Shown in pieces: positions 24,942 through 38,900 of a DNA stretch of 64,000 nucleotides (the first letter of the stretch is position 1; every line of letters begins with the position of its first letter). Under the pieces are notes generated by a model, which was not told the DNA's origin, did not search any database, and saw only the letters and a program-made list of their open reading frames with translations. The position numbers and the translations under genes are program-made. The DNA comes from an uncultured Thermodesulfobacteriota bacterium (GTDB lineage: Bacteria; Desulfobacterota; CAZCTP01): positions 9,402 to 73,401 of the forward strand of contig CAZCTP010000004.1 of NCBI GenBank assembly GCA_964501575.1. Reading direction: 5' to 3'.

Positions 24942-25759
24942 TTCCTCCTCTTAATTATATATTTACCCGTAGATTTATTCTTCCTTGTTTTATAGCCCTT
25001 TGAAGGCACCCCCCACGGAGAACATGGGTGACGACCTCCTGAAGTTTTCCCTTCTCCTCCTCCAAGTGGGTGGTCAACTGGATTCATTGCCACACCCCTA
25101 ACTTTTGATCTTCTTCCAAGCCATCTGGTTCTTCCAGCCTTACCTATTGAAATATTTTCATGGTCTATATTACTAACCTGTCCAATTGTAGCGTAACATT
25201 CTTTATAAATAATCCTGATCTCCTGAGAGGGAAGTTTTACATGTACATAATTCCCCTCCTTTGCAACAATCTGTGCATAACTTCCAGCACTCCTAACCAA
25301 TTGTCCTCCCTTACCAGGCCTAAGTTCTATATTATGGATAAAGGTTCCTAAGGGAATATTCCTTATAGGTAATGAATTACCAGGTCTTATATCAGCTTCT
25401 GGGCCAGATAATACATAGTCTCCAACTTTAATATCTAATGGAGCAATTATATATCTTTTCTCTCCATCAATATAATGTAATAAAGCTATATAGGATGATC
25501 TATTAGGATCATATTCTATAGAAACTACCTTAGCCCTCACTCCTATCTTATTCCGCTTAAAATCTATAATCCTGAATCTTCTTTTATGTCCCCCGCCTCT
25601 ATGACGAACAGTAATTCTACCATATGAATTTCTTCCACCACTCTTTTTTGAAGGGACAAGTAAGGATTTTTCGGGAGTATCCTTCGTTATCTCCTCAAAT
25701 GTCAAAACAGATTGAAATCTTCTACCAGGTGATGTTGGTTTATATTTTTTTATACCCAT
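24938..25759 (-). CDS. rplB: 50S ribosomal protein L2
   Basis: 273 aa. [16 protein letters not shown]. Confidence 0.95.
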   Translation of the reverse strand: MGIKKYKPTSPGRRFQSVLTFEEITKDTPEKSLLVPSKKSGGRNSYGRITVRHRGGGHKRRFRIIDFKRNKIGVRAKVVSIEYDPNRSSYIALLHYIDGEKRYIIAPLDIKVGDYVLSGPEADIRPGNSLPIRNIPLGTFIHNIELRPGKGGQLVRSAGSYAQIVAKEGNYVHVKLPSQEIRIIYKECYATIGQVSNIDHENISIGKAGRTRWLGRRSKVRGVAMNPVDHPLGGGEGKTSGGRHPCSPWGVPSKGYKTRKNKSTGKYIIKRRK

Positions 25760-25761
25760 AT

Positions 25762-26052
25762 TTATTTCCCTTCAAGAAAATCTATTTTATATCCCTCTTT
25801 CAATTTTACTATTGCCTTTTTCCAACTCGATCTTTTCCCCATATTCCTTCCTATTCTTCTCACTTTTCCAGGAACTATTATTGTATTAACATCTAACACT
25901 TTAACCTTAAAAATCTCTTCTATAGCATTCTTTATCTCGATTTTATTCGCATTCCTTTTTACCTCAAATACATATTTATTATTATTCTCCCTTGCTATAT
26001 CACTCTTCTCTGTAATCAATGGTCTCTTTATTATATAATATGCAAAACTCAT
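25762..26052 (-). CDS. rplW: 50S ribosomal protein L23
   Basis: 96 aa. Confidence 0.9.
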   Translation of the reverse strand: MSFAYYIIKRPLITEKSDIARENNNKYVFEVKRNANKIEIKNAIEEIFKVKVLDVNTIIVPGKVRRIGRNMGKRSSWKKAIVKLKEGYKIDFLEGK

Positions 26053-26669
26053 GATAATCTTTCTTCAATCCTTTCTAAAGCAGATTTTGTAATAACAAGA
26101 TCCTCATACCTTAGTATATCATATACATTTAACCCCTCAACCCTAAGTACCTTAATATCAGGAATATTTCTTGCAGATTTTTCAATTACCTCATTCCTAC
26201 CATCTATTACTATAAGAGCTTTACTAATACCTATATTTTTAATAATTCCAACAAATTCCTTTGTTTTTATATGGGGTAACTCTATATTATCTAATATTTT
26301 CAGTTTATTTTCTTTAACCTTTAAACTTAACACAGACCTTAAAGCAACCTTTCTTGCTTTTTTAGGAATAATATATGAATAATCCTTTGGATGTGGTCCA
26401 AAAACCACCCCTCCACCTTTCCATAAAGGCGATCTAATACTTCCAGCCCTAGCCCTACCTGTCCCCTTCTGACGCCAAGGCTTCCTCCCTCCTCCACTTA
26501 CTTCTCCTCTTGTTTTTGTGGATGCTGTACCTTTTCTCCTATTAGCAAGTTGCATGTGTACAACTTCTTTAATGAGTTGCTCTTTTATATCTGCAGAAAA
26601 TATATCTTCTCTCAAGTTTACCTGAGAAACCCTATTATTCTTAATATCAAAAACATCAAGAAGAGGCAT
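26049..26669 (-). CDS. rplD: 50S ribosomal protein L4
   Basis: 206 aa. [16 protein letters not shown]. Confidence 0.95.
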   Translation of the reverse strand: MPLLDVFDIKNNRVSQVNLREDIFSADIKEQLIKEVVHMQLANRRKGTASTKTRGEVSGGGRKPWRQKGTGRARAGSIRSPLWKGGGVVFGPHPKDYSYIIPKKARKVALRSVLSLKVKENKLKILDNIELPHIKTKEFVGIIKNIGISKALIVIDGRNEVIEKSARNIPDIKVLRVEGLNVYDILRYEDLVITKSALERIEERLS

Positions 26670-27294
26670 TTTTAACCCCCTCTTTTATAATAAGAACTCC
26701 GCTCTTAGGACCAGGAACTGCTCCTTTTACCAATATAATGTTATCCTCCTTTTTTACATCGATTATTCTAAGATTTTGAACAGTTACCCTTCTATTACCA
26801 AGATGTCCTGGCAATTTCTTCCCCTTAAATACCCTTGAAGGGAAAGAGCTTGCACCTATTGAACCCGGTGCCCTATGAAACATTGAACCATGGGAAGCAG
26901 GACCACCCTTAAAGCCCCATCTCTTTATTACTCCAGCAAAACCCTTACCTTTTGAAATTCCCGAAATATCAACTTTATCCCCGGGTTTAAATATATCCAC
27001 TGTTATCGTCTCTCCAAGTTGATATTTATCAATATTATCAACTCTGAATTCTTTGATATAATAATAAGCTTTATCCCCTGCTTTTTTTAAATGCCCAAGC
27101 AGTGGTTTATTTACTCTTTTGATCTTTTTTTCCATAAATCCTAATTGTATAGCATTATACCCTTCTTTTTCAATACTTTTTTTCTGTATTATCTGACAGG
27201 GACCCGCTTCTATAACTGTCACAGGAACTTTTATACCATCCTCTATAAATATCTGTATCATTCCTAACTTTCTTCCTATGATTCCACTATTCAT
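26656..27294 (-). CDS. rplC: 50S ribosomal protein L3
   Basis: 212 aa. IGRKLGMIQIF. Confidence 0.95.
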   Translation of the reverse strand: MNSGIIGRKLGMIQIFIEDGIKVPVTVIEAGPCQIIQKKSIEKEGYNAIQLGFMEKKIKRVNKPLLGHLKKAGDKAYYYIKEFRVDNIDKYQLGETITVDIFKPGDKVDISGISKGKGFAGVIKRWGFKGGPASHGSMFHRAPGSIGASSFPSRVFKGKKLPGHLGNRRVTVQNLRIIDVKKEDNIILVKGAVPGPKSGVLIIKEGVKNASS

Positions 27295-27304
27295 TCATAC
27301 ACTC

Positions 27305-27613
27305 CTAAATCTTTATCTCTACATCAATACCTGATGCTAAATCAAGCCTCATTAAAGCATCAACAGTCTGTTGAGTAGGTTCAAGTATATCCAGCAACCT
27401 CTTATGGACTCTTATTTCAAACTGTTCCCTTGATTTTTTATCTACATGAGGAGACCTCAATACACAATATCTATTAATAGAAGTTGGAAGTGGAATGGGA
27501 CCTGCTACCTTTGCTCCGGTTCTTTTAGCAGTATCTACAATCTCTTTTACAGACTGATCCAACAATCTATGATCGTATCCTTCTAATCTTATTCTTATTT
27601 TCTGAGTCTCCAT
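27305..27613 (-). CDS. rpsJ: 30S ribosomal protein S10
   Basis: 102 aa. [18 protein letters not shown]. Starts 3 bp after the tuf stop. Confidence 0.95.
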   Translation of the reverse strand: METQKIRIRLEGYDHRLLDQSVKEIVDTAKRTGAKVAGPIPLPTSINRYCVLRSPHVDKKSREQFEIRVHKRLLDILEPTQQTVDALMRLDLASGIDVEIKI

Positions 27614-27616
27614 ATC

Positions 27617-28816
27617 CTATTCCAGTATCTCGCTTATTACTCCAGCCCCCACTGTCTTACCCCCCTCTCTTATAGCAAATCTCAACTCCTTCTCCATAGC
27701 TATAGGAGTTATCAAATTAACTATTAATGATACATTATCCCCAGGCATCACCATCTCAACACCCTCAGGTAAATCAACTATACCAGTCACATCCGTAGTC
27801 CTAAAATAAAACTGCGGCCTATAACCCCTAAAAAATGGCGTGTGCCTACCACCCTCCTCCTTACTCAATATATATACCTCACTCCTAAACCTCTTATGCG
27901 GAGTCACACTCCCGGGCTTAGATAATACCTGACCCCTCTCAACCTCATCCTTCTTTATACCCCTCAATAAACAACCTATATTGTCCCCTGCCCTACCCTC
28001 ATCCAATATCTTCCTGAACATCTCTACACTCGTAACAACCGTCTTAGTAGTCTCCTTAAACCCAACTATCTCTACCTCCTCCCCAGACTTTATAATACCC
28101 CTCTCAACCCTACCAGTAACTACCGTACCCCTACCACTTATACTAAATACATCCTCTATAGGCATCAAAAACGGCTTGTCCACATCCCTCTTGGGATCAG
28201 GAATGTAATTATCTATAGCATCCATTAACTCAAACACTACCTTACACTTATCACAATCCTCCTTACCACAACCACACTCCAATGCCCTCAATGCACTACC
28301 CTTAATAACCGGTATCTCATCACCAGGAAAATTATACTCACTCAATAACTCCCTAACCTCTAACTCAACTAAATCTAATAACTCAGGATCATCAACCATA
28401 TCTACCTTGTTCAAAAATACTACTATATACGGTACCCCAACCTGCCTCGCTAATAATATATGCTCCCTCGTCTGGGGCATAGGACCATCTGCAGCACTAA
28501 CAACTAATATAGCCCCATCCATCTGCGCAGCACCAGTTATCATATTCTTTATATAATCAGCATGCCCAGGACAATCCACATGCGCATAATGCCTCCTATC
28601 CGTCTGATACTCCACATGCGCTATCGCTATCGTAATACCCCTCTCCTTCTCCTCAGGAGCCTTGTCTATATCATCAAAAGGCACATAACTCGCTAACTTC
28701 CTATTAGCCAGTATCTTGGTTATCGCTGAAGTCAATGTAGTCTTACCATGATCCACATGACCCACAGTCCCTATATTAATATGTGGCTTAGTCCTCTCAA
28801 ATCTTGCCTTGCCCAT
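27617..28816 (-). CDS. tuf: elongation factor Tu, copy 1
   Basis: 399 aa. [27 protein letters not shown]. Contains an unusual [12 protein letters not shown] segment. The protein and, where I compared it, the DNA are identical to the copy at 43114..44313. Confidence 0.97.
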   Translation of the reverse strand: MGKARFERTKPHINIGTVGHVDHGKTTLTSAITKILANRKLASYVPFDDIDKAPEEKERGITIAIAHVEYQTDRRHYAHVDCPGHADYIKNMITGAAQMDGAILVVSAADGPMPQTREHILLARQVGVPYIVVFLNKVDMVDDPELLDLVELEVRELLSEYNFPGDEIPVIKGSALRALECGCGKEDCDKCKVVFELMDAIDNYIPDPKRDVDKPFLMPIEDVFSISGRGTVVTGRVERGIIKSGEEVEIVGFKETTKTVVTSVEMFRKILDEGRAGDNIGCLLRGIKKDEVERGQVLSKPGSVTPHKRFRSEVYILSKEEGGRHTPFFRGYRPQFYFRTTDVTGIVDLPEGVEMVMPGDNVSLIVNLITPIAMEKELRFAIREGGKTVGAGVISEILE

Positions 28817-28826
28817 AAAACCTCCT
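27617..28826. repeat. 1.21-kb perfect direct repeat (tuf copy 1, stop codon to 10 nt upstream of ATG)
   Basis: Sequence is identical to 43114..44323 wherever I compared lines. Identity stops exactly at the stop codon on one side and 10 nt past the start codon on the other. Confidence 0.85.
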
Positions 28827-28838
28827 ATATTTAAAACT

Positions 28839-30917
28839 CTAAAATTTAAACCTACTTATAATCCCTTCTGAAACTGCTACAGGAACTTGATCATAATGGG
28901 AAAATTGCATACTATAATTTGCTCTCCCCTGAGTAATAGATCTTAGATCTGTAGTATATCCAAACATTTCAGCAAGTGGAATCTTAGCATCTATTACCTG
29001 CAAATCATTTCTTGGTTCAATACCTATAACTCTGCCTCTTCTTGAATTTAGATCTCCTATTACATCTCCCAGAAATTCATTGGGAACAATTATCTCTACA
29101 TACATTATAGGCTCAAGAATTACAGGAGATGCTTTCATGCATGCCTCTTTTAAAGCCATAGATGCTGCAATCTTGAACGCTAATTCTGAAGAATCTACCT
29201 CATGATAAGAACCATCATATAATGTAACTTTTATATCTACTATAGGATAGCCTATTAATACGCCTTTCTCCATAGCTTCTAAGATACCCTTTTCTATTGC
29301 AGGGATATATTCCCTTGGTATAGCTCCACCAACAATTTTATTAACGAATTCAAACCCTTTACCTCTCTCCAGAGGCTCCAATTCAATAAATATATGCCCA
29401 TACTGTCCTCTTCCACCCGACTGTTTTATATATTTACCTTCTGCCTTAGCACTTTTTATAACTGTCTCTTTATATGCTACTTCTGGCTTCCCAACATTCG
29501 CTCCTACATTGAATTCCCTTAATAATCTATCCACAATTATCTCAAGATGAAGTTCACCCATACCAGATATTATAGTCTCTCCTGTATCTTCATCAATGCG
29601 AACTTTAAATGATGGATCCTCCATAGCAATTTTATGTAAAGAACCTGATAATTTATCCTGATCATCCTTCGTCTTAGGCTCTATAGCAATAGAAACAACC
29701 GGCTGAGGGAAGGCAATAGATTCCAATATTATAGGATTAGACCCATCACAAAGAGTATCACCTGTAATTGTATCTCTTAATCCAACAGCTGCAGCAATAT
29801 CCCCTGCATAAACCCTTTTTATCTCCTCTCTCTTATTAGCGTGCATCTTAAGTAAACGTCCTATTCTTTCCTTTTTACCTTTAGTAGAATTATATACATA
29901 AGATCCAGAATCCAAAAATCCAGAATATACACGGAAAAATGTCAATTGTCCTACAAAAGGATCATTCATTATCTTAAATGCCAATGCTGAAAAAGGAGCA
30001 TCATCTGAAGTATTCCTAGTATCCCTCTCTCCGTTATCGGGGTTTATACCAACAATATCTGGGATATCGATAGGTGAAGGAAGATAATCTACTATTGCAT
30101 CAAGAAGGGGTTGTATCCCTTTGTTTTTAAAAGCAGCTCCACATAAAATGGGAACTCCCTCGTTATTAATTGTAATCTCTCTTAAACTCCTTTTTATCTC
30201 ATCCATGGATATCTCTTCACCATTAATATATTTTTCCATAAACCTATCATCAAAATCAGCTATGGATTCAAAAAGCTTCTCTCGGTATTCTTCAGCAATC
30301 GATATCATATCATCTGGGATATCTGTCATTCTAAATTTTGCTCCTAATTTACTTCCATCATAAATAATAGCTTTCATATTTATAAGATCCACTACCCCAA
30401 CAAATTTTTCCTCTTTACCCACAGGAAGTTGAATAATAATAGGATTTGTTTTCAGTCTGGTTCTAATCATTTCTATTGTATTAAAATAGTCAGCTCCAAC
30501 TCTATCAAGCTTATTAATAAAAGCTATTCTTGGTATTTTATATCCATCAGCTTGTCTCCAAACCGTTTCAGATTGAGGCTCAACTCCCTCGACCCCAGAA
30601 AATATCGCTACTACCCCATCAAGTACCCTTAAACACCTTTCAACCTCAACAGTGAAATCTACATGCCCAGGAGTATCTATTATATTTATTCTGAAATTTT
30701 TCCAGAAACATGTAGTAGCAGCAGAAGTTATAGTAATACCTCTTTCCTGCTCCTGTTCCATCCAGTCCATTACAGCTGTTCCAGCGTCAACCTCCCCCAT
30801 CTTATATGAAACTCCTGTATAATAGAGTATCCTTTCTGTGGTAGTTGTTTTACCAGCATCAATATGAGCTATTATACCTATATTTCTAATTCTATGTAAG
30901 GGAATAACTCTCTTCAT
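28839..30917 (-). CDS. fusA: elongation factor G
   Basis: The ORF is open to 30929 (MVIIMKRV...). [29 protein letters not shown] aligns with canonical EF-G N-termini, so I take the start at 30917. Confidence 0.93.
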   Translation of the reverse strand: MKRVIPLHRIRNIGIIAHIDAGKTTTTERILYYTGVSYKMGEVDAGTAVMDWMEQEQERGITITSAATTCFWKNFRINIIDTPGHVDFTVEVERCLRVLDGVVAIFSGVEGVEPQSETVWRQADGYKIPRIAFINKLDRVGADYFNTIEMIRTRLKTNPIIIQLPVGKEEKFVGVVDLINMKAIIYDGSKLGAKFRMTDIPDDMISIAEEYREKLFESIADFDDRFMEKYINGEEISMDEIKRSLREITINNEGVPILCGAAFKNKGIQPLLDAIVDYLPSPIDIPDIVGINPDNGERDTRNTSDDAPFSALAFKIMNDPFVGQLTFFRVYSGFLDSGSYVYNSTKGKKERIGRLLKMHANKREEIKRVYAGDIAAAVGLRDTITGDTLCDGSNPIILESIAFPQPVVSIAIEPKTKDDQDKLSGSLHKIAMEDPSFKVRIDEDTGETIISGMGELHLEIIVDRLLREFNVGANVGKPEVAYKETVIKSAKAEGKYIKQSGGRGQYGHIFIELEPLERGKGFEFVNKIVGGAIPREYIPAIEKGILEAMEKGVLIGYPIVDIKVTLYDGSYHEVDSSELAFKIAASMALKEACMKASPVILEPIMYVEIIVPNEFLGDVIGDLNSRRGRVIGIEPRNDLQVIDAKIPLAEMFGYTTDLRSITQGRANYSMQFSHYDQVPVAVSEGIISRFKF

Positions 30918-30922
30918 AATAA

Positions 30923-31393
30923 TTACCAACGATAATGTGCAAAGGATCTATTAGCCTCTGCCATTCTGTGAACCTCTTCTTTTTTCTTAATTGTACTTCC
31001 ACGATTATTTACAGCCTCTACAATTTCTGCTGCAAGTCTCTCAGACATACTTTTCTCACTCCTCCTCTTAGCAAACTGAACTAACCACCTAATTGCTAGA
31101 GACAACCTCCTTTCAGCTCTCACCTCAACTGGAACCTGATAAGTAGCTCCACCAACTCTTCTAGACTTCACCTCAATCACTGGCTTCGCATTCTCTATAG
31201 CCTTTTTTAATACATTAACCGGATCCTCTTTAAGCTTATTCCCAGCTATATTAATAGCTTCATAACATATAGACTCAGCAACACTCTTCTTCCCCTTTTT
31301 CATAATCACATTTATAACCTTAGCTACAGTAATATCATTATATTTAAGATCAGGTAATGTTCCTCTTCTCCCTGCTTTTTTTCTTCTAGGCAT
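30923..31393 (-). CDS. rpsG: 30S ribosomal protein S7
   Basis: 156 aa. Confidence 0.95.
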   Translation of the reverse strand: MPRRKKAGRRGTLPDLKYNDITVAKVINVIMKKGKKSVAESICYEAINIAGNKLKEDPVNVLKKAIENAKPVIEVKSRRVGGATYQVPVEVRAERRLSLAIRWLVQFAKRRSEKSMSERLAAEIVEAVNNRGSTIKKKEEVHRMAEANRSFAHYRW

Positions 31394-31401
31394 ATATACC
31401 T

Positions 31402-31773
31402 CTATCTAGGCTTTTTTGAACCATATTTAGATCTTCCCTTCTTTCTATCCTGGACACCAAGTGAATCCAGCGCACCTCTTATAACATGATACCTAACCCC
31501 TGGTAAATCCTTCACTCTACCACCTCTTATAAGAACCACTGAGTGCTCCTGAAGATTATGACCGATTCCAGGAATATAGGTTGTAATCTCAAATCCATTT
31601 GTTAACCTAACTCTTGCAACCTTCCTTAAGGCAGAATTTGGCTTTTTAGGAGTTGTTGTATAAACCCTTATACAAACCCCTCTTCTTTGAGGAGAACCCT
31701 GAAGCGCTGGAACAACGCTCTTCTTCTTAACCTTCTCTCTACCTTTTGTAATTAATTGATTAATAGTTGGCAT
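31402..31773 (-). CDS. rpsL: 30S ribosomal protein S12
   Basis: 123 aa. [22 protein letters not shown]. Confidence 0.95.
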   Translation of the reverse strand: MPTINQLITKGREKVKKKSVVPALQGSPQRRGVCIRVYTTTPKKPNSALRKVARVRLTNGFEITTYIPGIGHNLQEHSVVLIRGGRVKDLPGVRYHVIRGALDSLGVQDRKKGRSKYGSKKPR

Positions 31774-31783
31774 ATAATACTCC

Positions 31784-34700
31784 TTATAAAGCTGCTAAAA
31801 ACTTATCTTCCATTATAACCTCATCCTCTTTACCTTTTATCATTATATCTGTATCCCTATAGGAGGGGAATCCTGTTCCAGCAGGAATTATTCTTCCCAT
31901 AATAACATTTTCTTTAAGACCTAATAAATTATCTATTTTACCTGATATTGCTGCCTCAGTCAAGACTTTTATAGTCTCCTGGAATGAAGCAGCTGATATA
32001 AAGCTTTCCGTAGATAATGAAGCCTTTGTAATTCCTAAGAGAAGCGGCTCACCTATTGCTGGTCTTCCACCATTTTCTACTACTTTCTTATTCTCTTCAC
32101 CAAATATATGCCTTTCTACCTGCTCTCCTACCAAGAAATTTGTATCTCCAACATCCTTAATTTTTACTCTCCTAAGCATTTGACGAACTATAACCTCTAT
32201 ATGTTTATCATTTATCTTAACTCCCTGGAGTCTATATACTTCTTGAATTTCATCAACAAGATATTTTGCCAGTTCCTTAACCCCCAACACATTAAGTATA
32301 TCATGAGGATTGGATGACCCTTCCATTAATGATTCCCCCGCTTTAACCTTTTCTCCTTCATGGACACTAACATGTTTGCCTTTCTGGATCAGATATTCCT
32401 TTGGTTCACCAACTTCTGGGGTTATTATAACTCTCCTCTTACCCTTTAAATCCTTCCCAAAGGAAACAATACCATCTATCTCACTAATTATAGCATGTTC
32501 CTTGGGTATCCTGGCTTCAAATAGTTCAGCTACTCTTGGTAATCCTCCGGTTATATCCTTAGCCTTTGTGGTCTCTCTCGGAATCTTTGCAATAATATCA
32601 CCTGCATATACAACATCTCCTTCTGAAACCATAATATGGGCACTAACAGGAAGTAGATAATTAGCCTTTGATCCAAAACCAGAAGATTTCCCCGGTTTCT
32701 CTTTCTCATTTTTAATAGAAATTCTCGGACGAAGATTCACATCTTTTGATTCCACGATTACCTTTCTTGCTAAACCAGTAACCTCATCCACCATCTCCAT
32801 CATTGTCACTCCCTCAATAATATCTGCAAATTTAACTTTTCCGGATATCTCTGTAATTATAGGAACAGTAAAAGGATCCCATTCAGCAATCAAATCTCCT
32901 CCTTTAACTTTATCACCATCTCTTACCTTTAATTTAGCACCATATATAACCGAATATCTCTCCTTCTCTCTACCACCCTCTCCTATTATAGCTAATTCAC
33001 CATTTCTATTCATAACCACAATATTCCCATCTCTGTCCTTTACATAATTTATATTTATAAATTTTATTGTGCCACCATTTCTGGCCTCAAGGGTTGTTTG
33101 CTCAGCCCCCCTACTTACAGCTCCACCTATATGGAACGTCCTCATGGTTAGCTGGGTTCCTGGCTCTCCAATAGATTGAGCAGCAATAATTCCTACCGGT
33201 TCACCAAGATTTACCATTTTACCAGTAGCAAGATCCCTACCATAACACTTTATGCATATTCCCCTCTTTGACTGACAGGTAAGAGCAGACCTTATCTTCA
33301 CCTTCTCTATTCCTGCTTCCTCGATTTTTTTGACCTTATCTTCATCAATCTCTTCATCCCCTTTAATCAATACTTCCCCGGTAATAGGATCATCAATATC
33401 TTCTAAAGCAACCCTACCCAATACTCTATCGCCCAAAGTCTCAATTATCTCTCCACCTTCTACCAATGAAGTAATCCATATTCCATCTAATGTCTTACAA
33501 TCCTCTTCAACTATTATATTATCTTGAGCCACATCTACAAGTCTTCTTGTTAAATAGCCCGAATTCGCTGTTTTTAAAGCAGTATCTGCTAATCCCTTTC
33601 TTGCTCCATGGGTTGATATAAAGTATTGAAGAACTGTTAACCCTTCTCTAAAATTTGCTGTGATAGGAGTTTCAATAATCTCACCTGAAGGCTTTGCCAT
33701 AAGTCCTCTCATACCAGCAAGCTGTCTTATCTGTTGTGCACTCCCTCTGGCCCCGGAATCAGCCATCATAAATATGGAATTAAAACTCGGAATATTTACC
33801 TCATTACCATCCTTATCCTTTATTTTCTCTGTTCCTAATTCCTTTAACATCTCATTTGCAACACTTTCAGTAATCTGAGCCCATATATCTACTACTTTAT
33901 TATATCTCTCGCCATCCGTAATATATCCCTCTTTATATTGATTCTCAATCTCTAAGACCTCTTTCTTTGCCTTCTCAATAAGTTCGCCTTTCTTGCCTGG
34001 TATTTTTATATCATCTATACATATAGATGTTCCTGATTTGGTTACATAATAGAAACCAAGATTCTTCAACTTATCAGAAAGTATAACTGTAGCTTTAATT
34101 CCTGCGTTACGGTAACATTGATCAATTAATGAAGCTACCTCTTTTTTATTCATCACTTTATTTACTGCATCAAATGGAACCTTCTTAGGAACTATTTCCC
34201 ATAAGAGCACTCTCCCGACTGTAGTATCAATAAGTTTTCCATCTATCCTTACCTTTATACTTGCCTGCAAATGAACCTCATCAGCATCATAAGCTACTCT
34301 TACCTCTTCAACATCTGAAAATATTTTACCCTCTCCCTTTACAAAAGGCCTCTCTCTTGTTAAATAATATAATCCAAGCACAACATCCTGGGTAGGAACT
34401 ATCATAGGCCGCCCATGTGCTGGTGAAAGTATATTATTAGTCGACATCATTAATGTCCTTGACTCTACCTGAGACTCTATTGAAAGAGGGACATGTACAG
34501 CCATCTGATCACCATCAAAGTCTGCATTAAATGCCGTACACACAAGAGGATGTAACCGAATTGCCTTTCCTTCTGTAAGGACAGGTTCAAATGCCTGAAT
34601 TCCAAGTCTATGTAGAGTAGGAGCCCTGTTTAAAAGAACAGGATGCTCTTTTATAACGTCTTCAAGAACATCCCATACAGCCTCTTCTTCATTCTCCACC

Positions 34701-35902
34701 ATCTTCTTTGCAGCTTTAACAGTACTTACAAACCCTTTCTCCATCAATTTATTAAATATAAATGGCTTAAAGAGCTCTAAAGCCATCTTTTTCGGAAGTC
34801 CACATTGATGAAGCCTAAGGTCCGGACCAACAACAATAACAGATCTTCCAGAATAATCGACCCTCTTTCCAAGTAAATTCTGTCTGAATCTTCCCTGTTT
34901 ACCTTTCAACATATCACTTAACGATTTCAAAGGCCTCTTGTTTTGACCAAGGATAGCCCTCCCTCTTCTCCCATTATCAAAAAGAGCATCAACTGCTTCC
35001 TGTAACATTCTTCTCTCATTCTTTATTATTATTTCAGGAGCATTAAGTTCTATCACCCTTTTTAACCGATTATTTCTATTAATAACCCTTCTATATAGGT
35101 CATTTAAATCTGATGTAGCGAATCTTCCACCTTCTAAAGGAACAAGCGGCCTCAGATCAGGAGGAAGTACCGGAACAACATCCAAAATCATCCATTCAGG
35201 CTTATTATCTGAGTTCTTGAAAGACTCAATTACCTTTAATCTTTTTGATATCTTCCTTCTCTTGGCTTCTGAGAGAGATTCTTTCATATCCCTCCTTAGC
35301 TCTTCTGAAATAAGATCAAGATCCACTCTCTTTAATAATTCTTTTATACCAGCAGCACCGATCTCAACAACAAAGTTATCTCCAAATTCCTCTCTATATC
35401 TTTTATACTTCTCCTCTGAGAGTATATCGCCAGTGCTTAGTGATGTATCTTTGGGATCTATAACTACATATGATTCAAAGTATAATATGCTCTCTAACTC
35501 CTTAAGAGTGAGCCCCAAGATACTTCCAATTCTACTTGGAAGACTCTTCAAAAACCATATATGAGCCACAGGACTAGCTAACTCAATATGTCCCATACGT
35601 TCCCTTCTCACCTTTGATTGAATAACCTCAACGCCACATTTTTCACATACAACTCCCCTATGCTTCATCCTCTTATATTTACCACATTTGCACTCATAAT
35701 CTTTTGTTGGACCAAATATTTTTGCACAGAACAATCCATCTCTTTCAGGTTTAAATGTCCTATAATTAATAGTTTCAGGCTTCTTAATCTCTCCAAAGGA
35801 CCAGGATCTTATCTTCTCTGGAGATGCTAAAGATATCCTTACAGCATTAAAACTGAGTGGATTCTTTGTTTTTTCAAAAAGTGTATAAAGTTCCTTTTCC
35901 AT
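31784..35902 (-). CDS. rpoC: DNA-directed RNA polymerase subunit beta'
   Basis: 1372 aa. Zinc site [23 protein letters not shown] and the NADFDGDQM catalytic motif. Confidence 0.97.
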   Translation of the reverse strand: MEKELYTLFEKTKNPLSFNAVRISLASPEKIRSWSFGEIKKPETINYRTFKPERDGLFCAKIFGPTKDYECKCGKYKRMKHRGVVCEKCGVEVIQSKVRRERMGHIELASPVAHIWFLKSLPSRIGSILGLTLKELESILYFESYVVIDPKDTSLSTGDILSEEKYKRYREEFGDNFVVEIGAAGIKELLKRVDLDLISEELRRDMKESLSEAKRRKISKRLKVIESFKNSDNKPEWMILDVVPVLPPDLRPLVPLEGGRFATSDLNDLYRRVINRNNRLKRVIELNAPEIIIKNERRMLQEAVDALFDNGRRGRAILGQNKRPLKSLSDMLKGKQGRFRQNLLGKRVDYSGRSVIVVGPDLRLHQCGLPKKMALELFKPFIFNKLMEKGFVSTVKAAKKMVENEEEAVWDVLEDVIKEHPVLLNRAPTLHRLGIQAFEPVLTEGKAIRLHPLVCTAFNADFDGDQMAVHVPLSIESQVESRTLMMSTNNILSPAHGRPMIVPTQDVVLGLYYLTRERPFVKGEGKIFSDVEEVRVAYDADEVHLQASIKVRIDGKLIDTTVGRVLLWEIVPKKVPFDAVNKVMNKKEVASLIDQCYRNAGIKATVILSDKLKNLGFYYVTKSGTSICIDDIKIPGKKGELIEKAKKEVLEIENQYKEGYITDGERYNKVVDIWAQITESVANEMLKELGTEKIKDKDGNEVNIPSFNSIFMMADSGARGSAQQIRQLAGMRGLMAKPSGEIIETPITANFREGLTVLQYFISTHGARKGLADTALKTANSGYLTRRLVDVAQDNIIVEEDCKTLDGIWITSLVEGGEIIETLGDRVLGRVALEDIDDPITGEVLIKGDEEIDEDKVKKIEEAGIEKVKIRSALTCQSKRGICIKCYGRDLATGKMVNLGEPVGIIAAQSIGEPGTQLTMRTFHIGGAVSRGAEQTTLEARNGGTIKFININYVKDRDGNIVVMNRNGELAIIGEGGREKERYSVIYGAKLKVRDGDKVKGGDLIAEWDPFTVPIITEISGKVKFADIIEGVTMMEMVDEVTGLARKVIVESKDVNLRPRISIKNEKEKPGKSSGFGSKANYLLPVSAHIMVSEGDVVYAGDIIAKIPRETTKAKDITGGLPRVAELFEARIPKEHAIISEIDGIVSFGKDLKGKRRVIITPEVGEPKEYLIQKGKHVSVHEGEKVKAGESLMEGSSNPHDILNVLGVKELAKYLVDEIQEVYRLQGVKINDKHIEVIVRQMLRRVKIKDVGDTNFLVGEQVERHIFGEENKKVVENGGRPAIGEPLLLGITKASLSTESFISAASFQETIKVLTEAAISGKIDNLLGLKENVIMGRIIPAGTGFPSYRDTDIMIKGKEDEVIMEDKFLAAL

Positions 35903-35911
35903 ATATTTCCC

Positions 35912-38900
35912 CTATGATTCCTCCTGTAAAAGTTCTACATTAAGGGCGAGACTCTGTAATTCTTTAACAAGAACATTAAATGATTCTGGTACGCCTGACT
36001 CATAATTTGTCTCTCCCTTAACAATAGCTTCATAAATAGATGTTCTACCAACTACATCATCAGATTTTACAGTAAGAAATTCATGTAATATATGAGCTGC
36101 TCCATAAGCCTCTAATGCCCATACTTCCATCTCACCCAATCTCTGACCTCCAAACTGCGCTTTGCCCCCAAGAGGCTGCTGAGTAACTAAAGAATATGGG
36201 CCTACCGATCTTGCGTGTATCTTATCTTCTACCAAATGATGAAGTTTCATCATATACATAATTCCTACTGTGACCTTTTTATCAAATGGTTCTCCCGTTC
36301 TACCATCATATAAAATAGTTTGACCATCTAACGGTAATTCTGATAATTTTAGAAATTCTTTAATTTCTTCTTCATTAGCTCCATCAAATACAGGTGTTGA
36401 TATTGGAACACCATTCTTAAGAGACCTTGCTAACTTTATTATCTCCTCATCTGTGGCAGAATCAAGGAATTCATCCATAACTTTTGATGAATATATCTCT
36501 TTTATCTTTTCCTTTATCACCTGAGGACTAAAATTATTATTTATATAGTCTTCTATCTGTTTCCCTAATTCCTTTGCTGCCCAACCTAAATGAGCCTCTA
36601 ATATCTGACCTATATTCATCCTTGAAGGAACCCCTAAGGGATTCAGAACCATATCCACTGGTGTTCCATCCTCTAAATAAGGCATATCCTCCTCTGGAAC
36701 TATTCTGGACAATACCCCTTTATTACCATGTCTACCAGCCATCTTATCTCCAACACATAATTTCCTCTTAATTGCAATATATACTTTAACCATCTTAATA
36801 ACACCTGGCGGTAACTCATCTACTCTTCTTATTCTATCTATCTTGCTTTCAAATACGAGTTTTATGAGGTCTATCTGTTCCCGCATCTCCTTCATTATCC
36901 TATTTATTCCCCTTTTTACATCTCCATTCTCTTCTGCCACAGAGAGTTCAGCCCATCTTTCTTTAGGAATCTTTAACAACACCTCCTCTGTTACCATCTC
37001 ATTCTTTGGTATAATAACACCCTCATCTAACACGATTCCTTGAGATAGAACTTTCCCAAGAAGTATATTCTTTATCTTTTCATAAGCCTCTCCTTCTATA
37101 ACCGATATCTCATCCCTCATATCATTCTTTATCTTTAAAATTTCTTCATCTTCAATAGACTTAGTTCTTTCATCCTTCTCAACACCCTTCCTTGAAAAGA
37201 CTTTAGCACCTATAACAATTCCTTCAATACCAGGAGGAACTCGAAGTGAGGTATCTTTAACCTCTCCAGCTTTCTCACCGAATATAGCTCTGAGTAACTT
37301 CTCTTCAGGTGAAAGTTGGGTCTCACCTTTAGGAGTGACCTTACCTACCAATATATCCCCAGATTTTACTTCCGCACCAATTCTAACAATGCCGCTTTCG
37401 TCAAGATTTTTCAATGATTCTTCAGGAATATTAGGAATGTCTCTTGTAATTTCTTCTTTACCCAATTTTGTATCCCTTGTCACAGTATCAAACTCTTCTA
37501 TATGGATTGAAGTAAAATAGTCCTCTTTAACAATCCTTTCACTTATTAATATAGAATCTTCAAAGTTATATCCTCCCCATGACATAAAAGCAACAAGAAC
37601 ATTCCTACCAAGTGCTAATTCACCCTTAGATATAGAAGGACCATCAGCTATAACCTGTCCTTTTCTAATTCTATCTCCATTTAATACAATAGGTTTCTGA
37701 TTTATCAATGTATTCTGATTGGAACGTTGATATTTTGTCAAATTATATATATCTATCCCACCTTCATCCCTTTTTACAACTATTCTATTAGCATCAACAC
37801 TTTCTACTATACCATCATTTTTAGCTATTACTGTTACTCCTGAATCTTCAGCAACAACCTTCTCTATTCCAGTACCAATTAATGGAGCCTCAGTCTTTAT
37901 AAGAGGTACTGCCTGACGCTGCATATTGGATCCCATAAGCGCCCTATTAGCATCATCATGTTCTAAAAAAGGTATTAAAGCAGTTGCTACACTCACTAAC
38001 TGTTTTGGAGAAACATCCATAAAATCTACTTCTTCAGGCTTTACCATTACAAATTCTCCACCAATACGAGCTGATATAAAATCAGATACAAATCTATTAT
38101 TCTCATCAACTGGAGCATTTGCCTGAGCAATTACATGATCTTCCTCATCTAAAGCAGATAGAAATCTAATATTATCAGTAACAACTCCATTAACAACCTC
38201 TCTATATGGAGTTTCAATGAATCCGAATTCATTAATACGTGCATATGTACTCAAAGAAGCGATAAGCCCTATATTAGGACCCTCTGGGGTTTCAATAGGA
38301 CACACCCTTCCATAGTGGGTTGGATTAACATCCCTAACTTCAAAACCTGCTCTTTCTCTTGTTAAGCCACCAGGGCCCAATGCGGAAAGTCTTCTTTTAT
38401 GTGTAATTTCGGATAAAGGATTGGTCTGATCCATAAACTGGGATAATTGACTGCTCCCAAAGAATTCTCTTATAACAGCTGTTAGTGGTTTTGAATTTAT
38501 CAAATCATGAGGCATAAGAGTTTCTACATCTTGGAGGGTCATCCGCTCCTTAATAGCCCTCTCCATCCTTACCAATCCTATTCTATATTGGTTTTCTAAA
38601 AGCTCTCCTACTGTCCTTACTCTTCTATTCCCAAGATGATCTATATCATCAACCTCTCCCCACCCATTCTTCAATTGTATAAGATATTTAACAACCTCAA
38701 GTATATCCTCCTTCGTAAGAGTTGTATGATCTAATGAGAAATTTAAACCTAACCTATAATTTAGCTTTAGTCTTCCAACTTTTGAAAGATCATAACGATC
38801 AGGATTAAAGAAGAGATTGTTAAATATGGTGGTTGCTGTTTCAATAGTTTGAGGCTCTCCTGGACGTAGCTTCTTAGCAATTTCAACTATTGCTTCCTCT

